NCBI GenBank assembly: GCA_963817955.1
Contig: CAWFQK010000002.1
Span: forward strand, 1-64,000
Source: an uncultured Gemmatimonadaceae bacterium
GTDB lineage: Bacteria; Gemmatimonadota; Gemmatimonadetes; Gemmatimonadales; Gemmatimonadaceae
Direction of reading: 5' to 3'
DNA length: 64,000 nucleotides
Shown here: positions 1 through 10,019 of the stretch, in pieces
How positions within the stretch are numbered: the stretch's first letter is position 1
How the letters are laid out: each line of letters begins with the position of its first letter
Notes under the pieces: model-generated
The model's database searches: none
What the model was told of the DNA's origin: nothing
Seen by the model: only the letters and a program-made list of their open reading frames with translations
Program-made: the position numbers and the translations under genes

Positions 1-39
1 AGGAGATCACCGAGCGGCACGCTGCAAACGGCGATTCGA

Positions 40-56
40 GGCACCGTTCACGCCAG
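40..56 (-). promoter_or_regulatory. Possible sigma-54 (-24/-12) promoter for a gene left of the window
   Basis: Minus strand reads CTGGCGTGAACGGTGCC = GG-N10-GC, just downstream of a sigma-54 activator gene. Confidence 0.35.
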
Positions 57-207
57 TGTGACGCATTGGGGCCGTTAGGCGGCGCGCCGGGGACCGAAGG
101 GAGCCACAAACCGACCCAACCCCTGGCGGGGCAAGGAGTTCGGTGAGTCGAATGGCGGTGTCACGCTGACGTGAATGGGGGCCGGATAATTCACGCCGCC
201 GACACAA

Positions 208-1593
208 TCAGGGTCGGTGCTCGGCCAGACTGATACCGTGCTTCTTCAGCAGACGGTACAGTGTGCCTCGCGGAAGCCTTGCCTCTGCGGCGGCTCCGGC
301 GACATCGCCGCCGTGCACGTGCAGCAACTGCTCGAGGTATGAGCGCTCGAATGCGTTGCTATGCTGCTCACGCAGGGCGAAGTACCCGTGCATGTCGCCG
401 GAGGAGATCCCCGCGCCCGCGACGATTTCGTCGGGCAGATCTTCCACACGAATCTCCGGACGACGACTGAATACGAGAACGCGCTTGATCACGTTCTGTA
501 GCTCGCGCACGTTCCCCGGCCAGGCGTAGGTTGTGAGCACCTCGAGCGCCTCGCGATCGATCTCCACCATCTCGTGGCCGATTTCGCGCGTGTAGCGCTC
601 GATAAAATGCGCTACGAGCACCGGGATGTCGTCGGGGCGCTGCCGCAGGGCTGGCAGCTCGATGCGCACGACGTTGATCCGATAGTACAGGTCAGGGCGA
701 AAGGTCTGCTTGCGGATCTCCTCCTCGAGGTTCGCCGATGTCGCCGCAACGACACGCACGTCGACATCCAGTTCTTCGCTGCCGCCCACGCGCCGGATCC
801 GCCGCTCCTGCAGCGCGCGAAGCAGCTTGGACTGCAGGTTCAAGGGCAGATGGTCGATCTCGTCGAGGAACAGCGTGCCGCGGGCGGCGAATTCGACGAG
901 CCCCAACCGTCGTGCATTGGCGCCGGTGAACGCGCCACGCTCGTGGCCAAAGAACTCGCTCTCCAGGAGATCCCCGGGGATTGCCCCGCAATCGACGGGC
1001 ACGAAGTGCCCCTGCTGCCGACGGCTGCGCTGGTGGACGGACCGCGCGACCAGCTCCTTGCCCGTCCCCGTCTCGCCAGTCACCAGGACGTCCACATCGG
1101 TGGCGGCAACGCGCTCGATCGCATCGAACACCGCGCGCATCGCCATGCTCCCCCCCACGATGTCGCCGAACGCGTAGCGCCGCTCCAGACTTTGGCTGAG
1201 CAGGGCGTTCTCATCGCGCAGACGCCGCTCGTTGAGCAACCGCCGCGCCGTCGCCCGAAGATCGTCCGGCAAGAACGGCTTCACGATGTAATCCGCCGCG
1301 CCGCACTTCATAGCCTCGACGGCTGTATCCACCGTCGGAAAAGCGGTCATCATCAAGACCGGAAGCTCCGGGTCCTGCCGCCGGCCTATCTCCAGCAACT
1401 CCAGCCCGCTGACGCCCGGCATTCGAATGTCGGCAATCAGCAGGTCCCAGCTCCGTTCCCTGAGCTTCACTGCCGCACGCTCGCTGCTCGACTCCATGTC
1501 GATCTCTACGCCGGCAACCGTAGCAAGCGTGTCCCGGCACACCTCGAGCATGCCGAATTCGTCATCCACCACGAGCACGCGAAATTCTGACAT
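208..1593 (-). CDS. Sigma-54-dependent response regulator (REC-AAA+-HTH, NtrC/AtoC type)
   Basis: REC domain (LVVDDE, DIRMP, KPF), Walker A GETGTGKE, GAFTGA, WPGNVREL, C-terminal Fis-like HTH. Confidence 0.95.
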   Translation of the reverse strand: MSEFRVLVVDDEFGMLEVCRDTLATVAGVEIDMESSSERAAVKLRERSWDLLIADIRMPGVSGLELLEIGRRQDPELPVLMMTAFPTVDTAVEAMKCGAADYIVKPFLPDDLRATARRLLNERRLRDENALLSQSLERRYAFGDIVGGSMAMRAVFDAIERVAATDVDVLVTGETGTGKELVARSVHQRSRRQQGHFVPVDCGAIPGDLLESEFFGHERGAFTGANARRLGLVEFAARGTLFLDEIDHLPLNLQSKLLRALQERRIRRVGGSEELDVDVRVVAATSANLEEEIRKQTFRPDLYYRINVVRIELPALRQRPDDIPVLVAHFIERYTREIGHEMVEIDREALEVLTTYAWPGNVRELQNVIKRVLVFSRRPEIRVEDLPDEIVAGAGISSGDMHGYFALREQHSNAFERSYLEQLLHVHGGDVAGAAAEARLPRGTLYRLLKKHGISLAEHRP

Positions 1594-1596
1594 TCG

Positions 1597-3237
1597 TCAA
1601 GCCACTCCAGCGGGAAGAACCGCCGTTGCCGCCGCCCGCGGTGTGGATCCGCCCGCCGCGGTCGCGACGGGCAGACGCAACAGCACCCGCGTTCCTCGGT
1701 CGACATCGGAATCCACCTGGATAGTGCCGCCGTTACTCCTGATGAGGCCGAGGCAGATCGAGAGTCCGAGCCCGGTTCCCTTCCCCTCTGGCTTTGTGGT
1801 GAGGAATGGCTCGAAGATGTGCTCGCGGATCTCAGAAGGAATGCCGCACCCGGTGTCGGACACGATCACGCACACGTATGGTCCGCCTGTTCCGCCCTCT
1901 TCCTGGTATCCCGCTACCGACAGCACCCCGCCTGCGGGCATGGCGTCGAGCGAATTGAGAAACAGGTTCAGCAATACTTGCTCCATCTCCCCGGCATTCA
2001 CTCGGACCGCGGCCAGTCCATCGACCATCCGTTCCTGGACGTCCACTCCTACCGCGCGCGCGCTGGGCTCCACCATGGCCAATGCCTTTCGGACGATCGG
2101 TCGAAGCGATTGCTGTTCGGCACGGTTCGTCGATGGACGACAGTAGGCCAGCAGCCCTTGGGCAATGCTGGCAATCCGGTCCCCGAGCTCGGCGATCTTC
2201 CCGAGCTCCGCGACCGCATGTGGTGAGATGTCAGCATGATGGTCGGACAGGAGAAGCCGCGCCTTTGCGCTGATGATCGCCACCGGATTATTCACCTCGT
2301 GGGCAATGCGCCCCGCCAGCTCCCCGATCGCCGCGAGCTTCTCCACACGCTGTGCTCGCGCCTCGATGCGCCGCTGATCGCGCTCTCCGCGACGGAGCTC
2401 ACCCACGACGCTGGTCGCGAAATGCGCGGTCAGGAACAGGATGCCAGCGTGCAGTGCCACGCGCGTGTAAACGTATGCCTCCTGGAAAGCATCGTGCTGG
2501 ACTAGACCGTTCTCGGCCGCGTGTGGCACGATCGCAAGCGTATAATGAGGCAACAGCCCGTAGAGTTCGCCAAAGGCGAGTGCCGCGAACAGAAGCGCAG
2601 CCGTCGCGGCAACGTAGTAGCACTGCCGCCGCTCGAGGATGATCCCCGCGATGATCACGTGGAACGCCATGAGCGAAGTGAGCGGGTTCTCGATTCCACC
2701 CGAGAAATGCAGCAGCGTCGTGAGAATCACCAGATCGCCATAGGCCTGCGCCTTGAGGAGGGGCTCCGGAGCCGCGCCGGTGCGAAGCAGGTGCGTGTAC
2801 ACAATGTTGAGCAGGACCAGTGTGCCGATGGCTGCGGCGAGGGGCGGCCAGAGCGCCGGTGACAGATATCCCATCACCGCGATGGCGACGAAGACGAGCA
2901 GCAGCGCCACGAGCGCGGCCAGCCACCGCATGAGAATGAACCACTCGGCGAAATGAGCGTCGCGGTGTGTGCGCGCCGCCAGGGTTTCGACGCCACCGAA
3001 TGCCGCGTCCTCCCCCACCGACGAGAACAGAGATGGAGAGCCATTGAGCACGAGTCTCGCCGAGATCACCGCGGCGAGCAGCGCACTCACCAGCCCAACT
3101 ATGTGCTGGTACAATTCCAGGCTCTCGGCGCCCTTCCCGATCAGCCAACGTCGCTCAATGAATTCGTACGCTGTGAGGAGCGACAACACACATCCAAAGG
3201 CAAGCGCGACCGAACGGCCAAGCCGGGGATGAGACAC
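1597..3237 (-). CDS. Membrane sensor histidine kinase
   Basis: Multiple hydrophobic segments, H-box AHEVNNP, N-box [25 protein letters not shown]; start uncertain (GTG codons lie inside the heptamer repeats, 3237-3258). Confidence 0.92.
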   Translation of the reverse strand: MSHPRLGRSVALAFGCVLSLLTAYEFIERRWLIGKGAESLELYQHIVGLVSALLAAVISARLVLNGSPSLFSSVGEDAAFGGVETLAARTHRDAHFAEWFILMRWLAALVALLLVFVAIAVMGYLSPALWPPLAAAIGTLVLLNIVYTHLLRTGAAPEPLLKAQAYGDLVILTTLLHFSGGIENPLTSLMAFHVIIAGIILERRQCYYVAATAALLFAALAFGELYGLLPHYTLAIVPHAAENGLVQHDAFQEAYVYTRVALHAGILFLTAHFATSVVGELRRGERDQRRIEARAQRVEKLAAIGELAGRIAHEVNNPVAIISAKARLLLSDHHADISPHAVAELGKIAELGDRIASIAQGLLAYCRPSTNRAEQQSLRPIVRKALAMVEPSARAVGVDVQERMVDGLAAVRVNAGEMEQVLLNLFLNSLDAMPAGGVLSVAGYQEEGGTGGPYVCVIVSDTGCGIPSEIREHIFEPFLTTKPEGKGTGLGLSICLGLIRSNGGTIQVDSDVDRGTRVLLRLPVATAAGGSTPRAAATAVLPAGVA

Positions 3238-3265
3238 GGGACACGGGACACGAGACACGAGACAC
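3231..3265. repeat. Heptamer tandem repeat G(A/G)GACAC x5
   Basis: gagacac gggacac gggacac gagacac gagacac. Confidence 0.95.
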
Positions 3266-3305
3266 TAACTTCGCCAGCGCGTTTGATACCCCGGATGGGC
3301 GTCCA

Positions 3306-3314
3306 TGCTACAAT
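3306..3314 (+). promoter_or_regulatory. Extended -10 promoter element for queD
   Basis: TGCTACAAT matches TGnTAnnnT, 100 nt upstream of the queD ATG. Confidence 0.5.
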
Positions 3315-3348
3315 GCGGAGGTCGAGTCCGCTGAATTATTGTTAGGAA

Positions 3349-3411
3349 CTGTCTCGTGTCCCGTGTCCCGTTGTCCCGTGTCCCACTCCCGTGTCCCGTG
3401 TCCCGTGTCTC
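3349..3411. repeat. Heptamer tandem repeat GTGTC(C/T)C, ~8 units plus a 6-nt interruption, inverted relative to 3231-3265
   Basis: ctgtctc gtgtccc gtgtccc gttgtccc gtgtccc actccc gtgtccc gtgtccc gtgtctc, ending 2 nt before the queD ATG. Confidence 0.95.
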
Positions 3412-3413
3412 AC

Positions 3414-3779
3414 ATGGACGTATTCAAGGAATTCACCATCGAGGCAGCGCATCGCTTGCCCAACGTACCGCCGGGTCACAAGTGCGCGCGCTTGCACGGG
3501 CACTCGTTCCGGATCGAGGTGCATGTCAGCGGTGCCGTCGGTGCCGAGACCGGATGGGTGATCGATTTTGCCGACATCAAGGCAGCCATCGCCCCGGTCG
3601 AGAAGGTGCTGGACCATCAGTATCTGAATGACATCCCGGGGCTCGAGAATCCGACGAGCGAGAATTTGGCCCGCTGGATATGGGACCGCCTGGCGCCAAG
3701 CCTGGATGGATTGTCGATGGTAGTCGTCCGCGAGACGTGCACGTCCGGATGCCGCTACTCCGGGCCGCGAGCTGAATAG
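3414..3779 (+). CDS. queD: 6-carboxy-5,6,7,8-tetrahydropterin synthase
   Basis: [48 protein letters not shown] at 3414 taken as the start. Confidence 0.95.
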   Translation: MDVFKEFTIEAAHRLPNVPPGHKCARLHGHSFRIEVHVSGAVGAETGWVIDFADIKAAIAPVEKVLDHQYLNDIPGLENPTSENLARWIWDRLAPSLDGLSMVVVRETCTSGCRYSGPRAE

Positions 3780-3856
3780 CCGTTCCGGTCATTTGATGGC
3801 AGACGTCGTAAGTCATAAGTTCCGGGCACCGCTACTCCTCGCACTCGGAGCGAACC

Positions 3857-6800
3857 GTGTCCCGCCGCCTTCCCGCCTTCCTGATCCTCGCTCTTCTCAC
3901 CTCTCCGCCCGTTGCCGCGCAGTCGCCACTCACGAGCATCAAGTGGCGTGAGATCGGCCCCGTGAACACGGGCGGCCGCATTGATGACATCGCCGTCGCG
4001 CGCATCCGCGGCGAGCCGGATGCGATCTATGTGGCCACCGCGAGCGGCGGACTGTTCAAGAGCGCCAACAACGGCATCTCGTTCGCACCCGTCTTCGACG
4101 GGGTGAACGCCATGATGTCGATTGGCGCCGTGTCCGTCGCGCCCTCGGCGCCACTGATCGTCTGGGCCGGCACCGGCGAGGCGAACACGCGTCAGAGCTC
4201 GATTTGGGGCGACGGTATCTACAAGAGCACGGACGGTGGCAAGACCTGGGCGAATGTCGGGCTCAAGGACACCAGATCGATTGGCCGCATCGTCGTCGAT
4301 CCCAACGACGCCAATGTTGTCTACGTCGCCGCGCAAGGCCATCTCTGGGGGCCAAACACCGAACGCGGCGTATTCAAGACCAGCGACGGCGGGCGGACGT
4401 GGAACAAGGTGTTGTTCGTCGACGAGAACACTGGCGCGAACGACATTGTCATTGATCCCGTGAATCCACAAACACTCTATGCGTCCACCTATCAGCGCCA
4501 ACGGCGCACGTGGGGATTCAACGGCGGCGGTCCGGGCTCGGGCATCTACAAGACCATCGATGGCGGCGCAACGTGGACCAAGCTGACGAGCGGATTGCCG
4601 GCCGGCGACAAGGGGCGGATCGCGCTGTCATTGTACGCCAGCGATCCGAAGGTGGTGTACGCCACGGTCGAGGCACACAACCCGGACGCCGGCATCTATT
4701 TCACGAGTGATGCCGGCATGACGTGGAGCAAGGTCTCATCACTGAACACGCGTCCCAACTACTTCTCCCAGATTCGCATCGACCCCAGCGATCGGCAGCG
4801 CGTCTACAGCCTCGGCTCCAACCGCGGCTTCTACTTCTCTAATGACGGCGGCAAGACATTCACCGAGCAGTTCAGCAACGTGCATGGCGAGGATCACGCC
4901 CTCTGGGTGGATCCGAGCGACGGCAACCACATGATCATCGGCGGCGATGGCGGCGTATCGATCACGTGGGACCGCGGTCAGACGTGGGATTTCCGGCGCA
5001 ACATGCCGATCGGCCAATTCTATGAGGTAGACGTCGACAACAGCGTGCCGTTCCGCATCTGCGGCGGATTGCAGGACAATGGCGTGTGGTGCACGCCGAG
5101 CGCGGTGCGGAACCGGAACGGCATTGCCGACAGAGATGCATGGAACATTGGTGGCGGCGACGGCTTTCATGCGCACTTCGATCCCGCCAACGACAACCTC
5201 GTACTCCAGTCGAGTCAGAACGGGAACGCCGCGTGGGTGAACCTCGAAACGCTGGAGCGCCAGACCGTGCGCCCCGGCAGCGGTGATCGCCCCGTGTTCC
5301 CTCCGCCGCCGCCCGGCAGCGGATACCGCTGGAACTGGGACACTCCGATCATCGTATCGCGCCGCGATCCCAAAGTCTGGTACATGGGCGCGCAGATGCT
5401 GTTCAAGAGCATCGATCGCGGATCGAGCTGGCACAAGATCAGCGGAGATAACACGCTCAACGTCAACCGCGACACGCTCAAGATGATGGGCAACGTCGTG
5501 CCGGCCGATGCCCTGTCGCGCCATGACGGGCAGTCGAACTACGGATCGCTGACAACGATTGGCGAGTCGCCGCTCGACGCGAGCGTCGTCTACACCGGGA
5601 GCGACGACGGTCAGGTGCAGCTCACGCGAGACGGCGGAAAGACGTGGACCAACCTCACGAGCAAGATCCCCGGCGTGCCCGATCAGACGTACGTGAGCGC
5701 GGTGCTGCCGTCGAGGTACAAGGCGAGCCGAGTGTACGTGACGCTCGACGGACATTTCAATGACGACTACAAGCCGTATGTGTTCGTGAGCGACGACTTC
5801 GGTGGCAGTTGGCGCTCCCTGGCGGCGGGCCTGCCAGAGACGTCGATCAATCGCATCCGCGAGCATCCGACCAATGCGCGCGTGCTCGTGCTCGGGCATT
5901 CGCGTGGCGTGCACGTCTCGAACGACGGCGGCGCCACGTGGACATCGGCGGCCACGAACATGCCGACGGTGCCAGTGAACGACATGGTGTTCCAGGAGCG
6001 GGACAATGCGTTGGTGCTCGGCACGCACGGGCGGGGGCTGTGGGTGCTCGACAACGTGGCACCGCTCGAGGTGTTGACGGCCACGGGTGGGAATACCAGC
6101 GGGAGCAACGCCAATGCGACCCTGCTGCCCATTCCGCGCGCGCGACTCATGAGCACACATGTGCCGCAAGCGTGGTACGGAGCCGGAGAGTTCTTCGCGC
6201 CAAATCCGGAGTGGAATTCAGTGATCGCGTATAACCTGCGCGCCGGTGCGGGTGGGCAGGCAGAAATCGTGGTGAGCGACGCCGCCGGGAATGTCATTCG
6301 GACCTTGAGAGGACCGGCGGCAGCGGGGTTGAACCGGGTCGTGTGGGACCTTCGGTATCAGCCGCCAGTGGATTCGGCGAACGCGCCCGCGGCAGGCGGG
6401 CGGGGTGGCGCAGGCGGTCGCGGCGGTGGCGGTGGCCGCGGTGGTCTGCCGGCCGCTGTTCCGGTCGGATTCCCAGCGGCAGGAGAAGGGGGCGGTGGTC
6501 GAGGGGGAGCCCCACTCGGGCCGCTCGTGATGCCGGGCCGGTATGTCGTTCGCGTGAGAGTGCCGGGCGCCACGGCACCACTGTCAGGCAGCGCGCTGGT
6601 CGAGGCGGATCCGCTACCGAAGTTCAGCGCCGCCGAACGAGCCGCGCGGCAGGTGATCCTGATGCGGATTTACGAATGGACGAAGACGCTGGGCACAGCG
6701 CGGACGGCGACACGGGCACTCATGGCGCAACGCGATTCGATCAAGTCGGATCTTGGTGGCGATGTGCGCGCCGATTCCATCAATGCGCGCATCACGCGTC

Positions 6801-7042
6801 TGGCGACGAGCATCGATCGGGCATTCACCGCGGTGAACGGACAGCGCGGAGCGGTGGAAGGATGGAGTGGGATGCCGACGGTGGATCAGCGACAGGCGTT
6901 GGCGTTTGCGATCGATGATGGGCGGAAAGCGATTGGCGAGTTGGATCGGCTGGTGCAGACGGACATTCCGGGCGCGTATAGAACCGTGACAAAGAAGGAC
7001 TGGGGGCGGAAGGCGAGTCGGGTAATCGTACCGAAGAGCTGA
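3857..7042 (+). CDS. Secreted BNR/VPS10 (sortilin-like) beta-propeller glycosyl hydrolase-like protein
   Basis: Signal peptide, many S/T-x-DGG-x-TW Asp-boxes, GGLQDNG and GGGDG motifs, Gly/Arg-rich linker, helical C-terminus. Confidence 0.85.
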   Translation: MSRRLPAFLILALLTSPPVAAQSPLTSIKWREIGPVNTGGRIDDIAVARIRGEPDAIYVATASGGLFKSANNGISFAPVFDGVNAMMSIGAVSVAPSAPLIVWAGTGEANTRQSSIWGDGIYKSTDGGKTWANVGLKDTRSIGRIVVDPNDANVVYVAAQGHLWGPNTERGVFKTSDGGRTWNKVLFVDENTGANDIVIDPVNPQTLYASTYQRQRRTWGFNGGGPGSGIYKTIDGGATWTKLTSGLPAGDKGRIALSLYASDPKVVYATVEAHNPDAGIYFTSDAGMTWSKVSSLNTRPNYFSQIRIDPSDRQRVYSLGSNRGFYFSNDGGKTFTEQFSNVHGEDHALWVDPSDGNHMIIGGDGGVSITWDRGQTWDFRRNMPIGQFYEVDVDNSVPFRICGGLQDNGVWCTPSAVRNRNGIADRDAWNIGGGDGFHAHFDPANDNLVLQSSQNGNAAWVNLETLERQTVRPGSGDRPVFPPPPPGSGYRWNWDTPIIVSRRDPKVWYMGAQMLFKSIDRGSSWHKISGDNTLNVNRDTLKMMGNVVPADALSRHDGQSNYGSLTTIGESPLDASVVYTGSDDGQVQLTRDGGKTWTNLTSKIPGVPDQTYVSAVLPSRYKASRVYVTLDGHFNDDYKPYVFVSDDFGGSWRSLAAGLPETSINRIREHPTNARVLVLGHSRGVHVSNDGGATWTSAATNMPTVPVNDMVFQERDNALVLGTHGRGLWVLDNVAPLEVLTATGGNTSGSNANATLLPIPRARLMSTHVPQAWYGAGEFFAPNPEWNSVIAYNLRAGAGGQAEIVVSDAAGNVIRTLRGPAAAGLNRVVWDLRYQPPVDSANAPAAGGRGGAGGRGGGGGRGGLPAAVPVGFPAAGEGGGGRGGAPLGPLVMPGRYVVRVRVPGATAPLSGSALVEADPLPKFSAAERAARQVILMRIYEWTKTLGTARTATRALMAQRDSIKSDLGGDVRADSINARITRLATSIDRAFTAVNGQRGAVEGWSGMPTVDQRQALAFAIDDGRKAIGELDRLVQTDIPGAYRTVTKKDWGRKASRVIVPKS

Positions 7043-7389
7043 GGGCCTGGGATCGAGAACAGGGACGATTCTATTTCGCTGAAAACGCGACGTGCGCTTG
7101 GCCGTCCGATTCGTCGCTGTCACGCAAGGATTCGCTACCGATCTCTGTTGCGTAAATCTTAGCACTCGACTCAGCTGCCTCGCGTGCCGATTTCGCCAAT
7201 TCGCCTGACCGGGTCTCCTCGTGATCGGGCGGATACCCGTAAGAATGAACGGCCATGCCTCCTGTAGCACTCAACGCGCCCGACGCCGACAACACGCCCG
7301 CAAAAAACTGACACTAATATACTGGACTCACCCACGCGCGCTGGTCATGATGCAAGCGCGCCTCGAATCCACCGAGGAGGCGTGAACGA

Positions 7390-9066
7390 ATGTGCCACCT
7401 CCCGGCTGAGAATATTATGTCTACCCACCAAGTGAACCTTGATGCTCTCATCCCGCGGGAGGACTTCGAGACAAAGACCGAAGGCACCTTTCACGGTCGT
7501 AGGCTCGCGAACGAGCTGAAGGTCGAGGATTTGGAGCGAGCGTACAAAGAGCTTTTGCGGAAGCCGGATTTTCAGCGCGAGACCGCGAACTGGTCCCCTG
7601 AAAAAATCGTTGACTTCATTCGCAGCTTTCTTGATGGCGACCTAATCCCTGCTACCATCATGTGGTGGTCGAGTGACAGCGGAACCGTATTCGTCATTGA
7701 CGGGGCCCACCGCCTGAGCGCGCTCAAGGGGTGGGTTCACGATGACTACGGCGACCGCGCCATCTCTCTACCGTTCTTCGGCCATAACATTCCTCCGGCC
7801 CAAAAGCGCTTGGCCGAAGAGACTCGGCGGCTTGTTGACGCCGAGATCGGGGCCTATCAGCGCCTCAAATACGTCGCTGCAAACCCCGACAAAACGCCGG
7901 ACGCGCTCTATCTCCGACGAGCCCGAAACATTGGCACGTTCAAAATCGACCTTCAGTGGGTCGAGGGAAACGCGCCTGCCGCAGAACGCTCGTTCTTCAA
8001 AATCAATACCGGCTCAAGCGTGATCGATCCCACGGAGCTTGGCATTCTTCGCGCGCGACGGAAGCCAAACGCAATTGCCACGCGCGCCCTGATGCGCGCC
8101 GGTACCGGGCACAAATACTGGGCAGGCTTCGACGAAACCACGCGTGAACGCATTGAGACATTGGCGCGCGAAATCGACGAGAACCTCTTCAAACCGCTGC
8201 TCGAGGTTCCGATCCGCACGTTAGACCTTCCCATCGCCGGACAGGCGTACTCCGCGGATGGCTTCAAAATGATCTTCGACCTTGTAAACCTAGCCAATGG
8301 CGTGACGCCGGCTATGTGGGAAGATCCGCCAGAAGGCCGGAAGAAGAGACCGCAAATTGCGCCGTTGCCCGATGATTCGAATGGGGCAACGACCATTGAA
8401 TTTCTTCACAAGGTAAAGAAGGCAGCGCTGCGAATTTCAGGCGACTATAGTGGCTCGCTCGGCCTTCACCCAGTGGTGTATTTCTACGGGGCCACTGGCC
8501 GGTTTCAACCGCCCGCGTTTCTCGCCGCGGTAAAATTCGTCGAGGAGCTGGATCACGTACCAAACGGTTTTTTCGACTTCACCAAACATCGGCGGGTCTT
8601 TGAGGAATACCTCGTTCGCCATCGGCACTTCGCCAATCAGCTAACTCACGCACTTGGCAGTCGGACGCGGCCGCTTGAACGACTCGTTCTGTTATACCAC
8701 CTGATTTTGGACGAACTCAAAGCGGGGCGCTCGACGGACGATGAGTTGTTTGCGCGGATCGCGTCCGAGCCCCGGCTTGGTGATTTGAAGAAGATTCCGG
8801 AGGAACCGGACCCGACGAAACGTCGGCGGTTCACTGGCGACGTGAAGAGTGCAGCCTTTATTAGAGATGCTATCGACTCGCCGCTACGATGCACGATATG
8901 TGGCGCGCGGTTGCACCGCGGCGCGATTTCATCCGACCACAAGGTCCGCCAACAGGACGGAGGTGTCGGCGACGTTGAGAACCTGCAGCATGCCCACCCG
9001 TACTGCAATACGGGATACAAAGAGGCGCTGACTCACGCCGCGAAAGTGGCCGACAGCAAGAGCTAA
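7390..9066 (+). CDS. DUF262 (ParB/Srx-like) plus C-terminal HNH nuclease, GmrSD-like putative modification-dependent restriction protein
   Basis: PDFQRE..W, VIDGAHRL, FFKIN motifs; C-terminal CTIC...DH...NL...HPYCN; GAGGAGG upstream of the ATG at 7390 (alternative start 7417). Confidence 0.8.
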   Translation: MCHLPAENIMSTHQVNLDALIPREDFETKTEGTFHGRRLANELKVEDLERAYKELLRKPDFQRETANWSPEKIVDFIRSFLDGDLIPATIMWWSSDSGTVFVIDGAHRLSALKGWVHDDYGDRAISLPFFGHNIPPAQKRLAEETRRLVDAEIGAYQRLKYVAANPDKTPDALYLRRARNIGTFKIDLQWVEGNAPAAERSFFKINTGSSVIDPTELGILRARRKPNAIATRALMRAGTGHKYWAGFDETTRERIETLAREIDENLFKPLLEVPIRTLDLPIAGQAYSADGFKMIFDLVNLANGVTPAMWEDPPEGRKKRPQIAPLPDDSNGATTIEFLHKVKKAALRISGDYSGSLGLHPVVYFYGATGRFQPPAFLAAVKFVEELDHVPNGFFDFTKHRRVFEEYLVRHRHFANQLTHALGSRTRPLERLVLLYHLILDELKAGRSTDDELFARIASEPRLGDLKKIPEEPDPTKRRRFTGDVKSAAFIRDAIDSPLRCTICGARLHRGAISSDHKVRQQDGGVGDVENLQHAHPYCNTGYKEALTHAAKVADSKS

Positions 9067-9209
9067 TGACTTCGTTTGCGCTGTCGCTTCCGCTTCCGGT
9101 CCACTTCAGCCTTGGGCACGTTGACGATAGCGCGCGTCAGGTCCGTCATGCGCTCAAGTGCCGATTTCTCCGGCTTCGCCGGTGGACCGGGCGTATCGGG
9201 GTCAGGCAT
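9063..9209 (-). CDS. 48-aa basic peptide inside the IS1595 element (not in ORF track)
   Basis: Hand translation MPDPDTPGPPAKPEKSALERMTDLTRAIVNVPKAEVDRKRKRQRKRSH*; ATG 3 nt after the protease stop; stop overlaps the convergent DUF262 stop. Confidence 0.55.
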   Translation of the reverse strand: MPDPDTPGPPAKPEKSALERMTDLTRAIVNVPKAEVDRKRKRQRKRSH

Positions 9210-9212
9210 GTG

Positions 9213-9668
9213 TCAGAAGGCGAGCGTGAATTGCCGCGTCGTTCCGTTGTAGACCAGCAAGCACGCTTCAAGAACGTCTCTGCCGATCAATGCATGGATG
9301 GACTGGGCGGCAAACAAGTCCTTGGCTGCCATCACCGCGAGCGTGCCGCGGTACAACGCTGGCTGTGTCGCAGAAGCACCGTAGATTCTCAAGCTCACAT
9401 CGTACAGTTCCGCCTTGTGTGGCGTGGCCCCAGTCGATGGCGTGAAGCAGTCCATTGGACCGGTCGACGTGAGGCCGAGTTGGCCTTGCAGAACGTTAGG
9501 GTCCACGCAGGTGCAACTCGCCCCGGTGTCGATAAGCGCACGTATGGGAACGGCGGTCGGAATGGCTTGGCCTGCCAATTGGAGAGCGACAGCGCGGGCT
9601 TCGCTTACGCCCACAACTGCATTCAGAAGCGGGCCTCCCTGCTCAATCAGAAGAGAAAAGTGAGACAC
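9213..9668 (-). CDS. Single-domain retropepsin-like (clan AA) aspartyl protease
   Basis: ALIDTGAS catalytic motif and LIGRDVL C-terminal motif; 151 aa. Confidence 0.85.
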   Translation of the reverse strand: MSHFSLLIEQGGPLLNAVVGVSEARAVALQLAGQAIPTAVPIRALIDTGASCTCVDPNVLQGQLGLTSTGPMDCFTPSTGATPHKAELYDVSLRIYGASATQPALYRGTLAVMAAKDLFAAQSIHALIGRDVLEACLLVYNGTTRQFTLAF

Positions 9669-9920
9669 CTAGTGAGCTACTCCGACGCCGAGCGGATCGA
9701 ACAGGCGCGAAATGAACTGCACCGTCTGTTGGGCCTGTATCCGGGTGACAAGGAAAGGATTGTCTACACCGAACTTCTGATAGCCCGCCTTTACGGCGTC
9801 CTCGTAGCTCGTGAAGAAGTCCTCAATCTTCTCGCCTTTGATGAGAACGAACTTTCCTGCGTGCTGCTGCAACTCTGGCAAGTTCTGCCGATAAGTCTCC
9901 AGTTCTTTTTCGAGTGCCAT
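9669..9920 (-). CDS. Small DUF5678-like protein paired with the aspartyl protease
   Basis: LETYRQNLPEL..HAGKFVLIKGEKI..F.SYEDA..AGY..FG; stop directly abuts the protease GTG. Confidence 0.7.
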   Translation of the reverse strand: MALEKELETYRQNLPELQQHAGKFVLIKGEKIEDFFTSYEDAVKAGYQKFGVDNPFLVTRIQAQQTVQFISRLFDPLGVGVAH

Positions 9921-10019
9921 AACATCGTTCCGGGAAAGGGCTGTCCGGCTGGCAGTAACATGACGACGGGCAGGACAAGTCGCTACCGAGTATCGGCTGA
10001 CGCCCGCAAGAACTTTACC

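Noticed and set aside
3315..3413. preQ1 riboswitch upstream of queD
   Set aside because: Only a short GCGGA/TCCGC hairpin; no preQ1-I loop or A-rich tail is visible
6390..6510. GC-rich repeats in the BNR gene
   Set aside because: They encode a GGRGG linker within an intact ORF
7071..7295. Small minus-strand ORF left of the IS
   Set aside because: No recognisable motif, and AGGAGG is only 1 nt from the ATG; cannot be supported
3414..9066. queD plus DUF262 as a 7-deazaguanine DNA modification (dpd) system
   Set aside because: No dpdA/tgt, queC or queE nearby, and the nuclease is IS cargo separated by an unrelated gene
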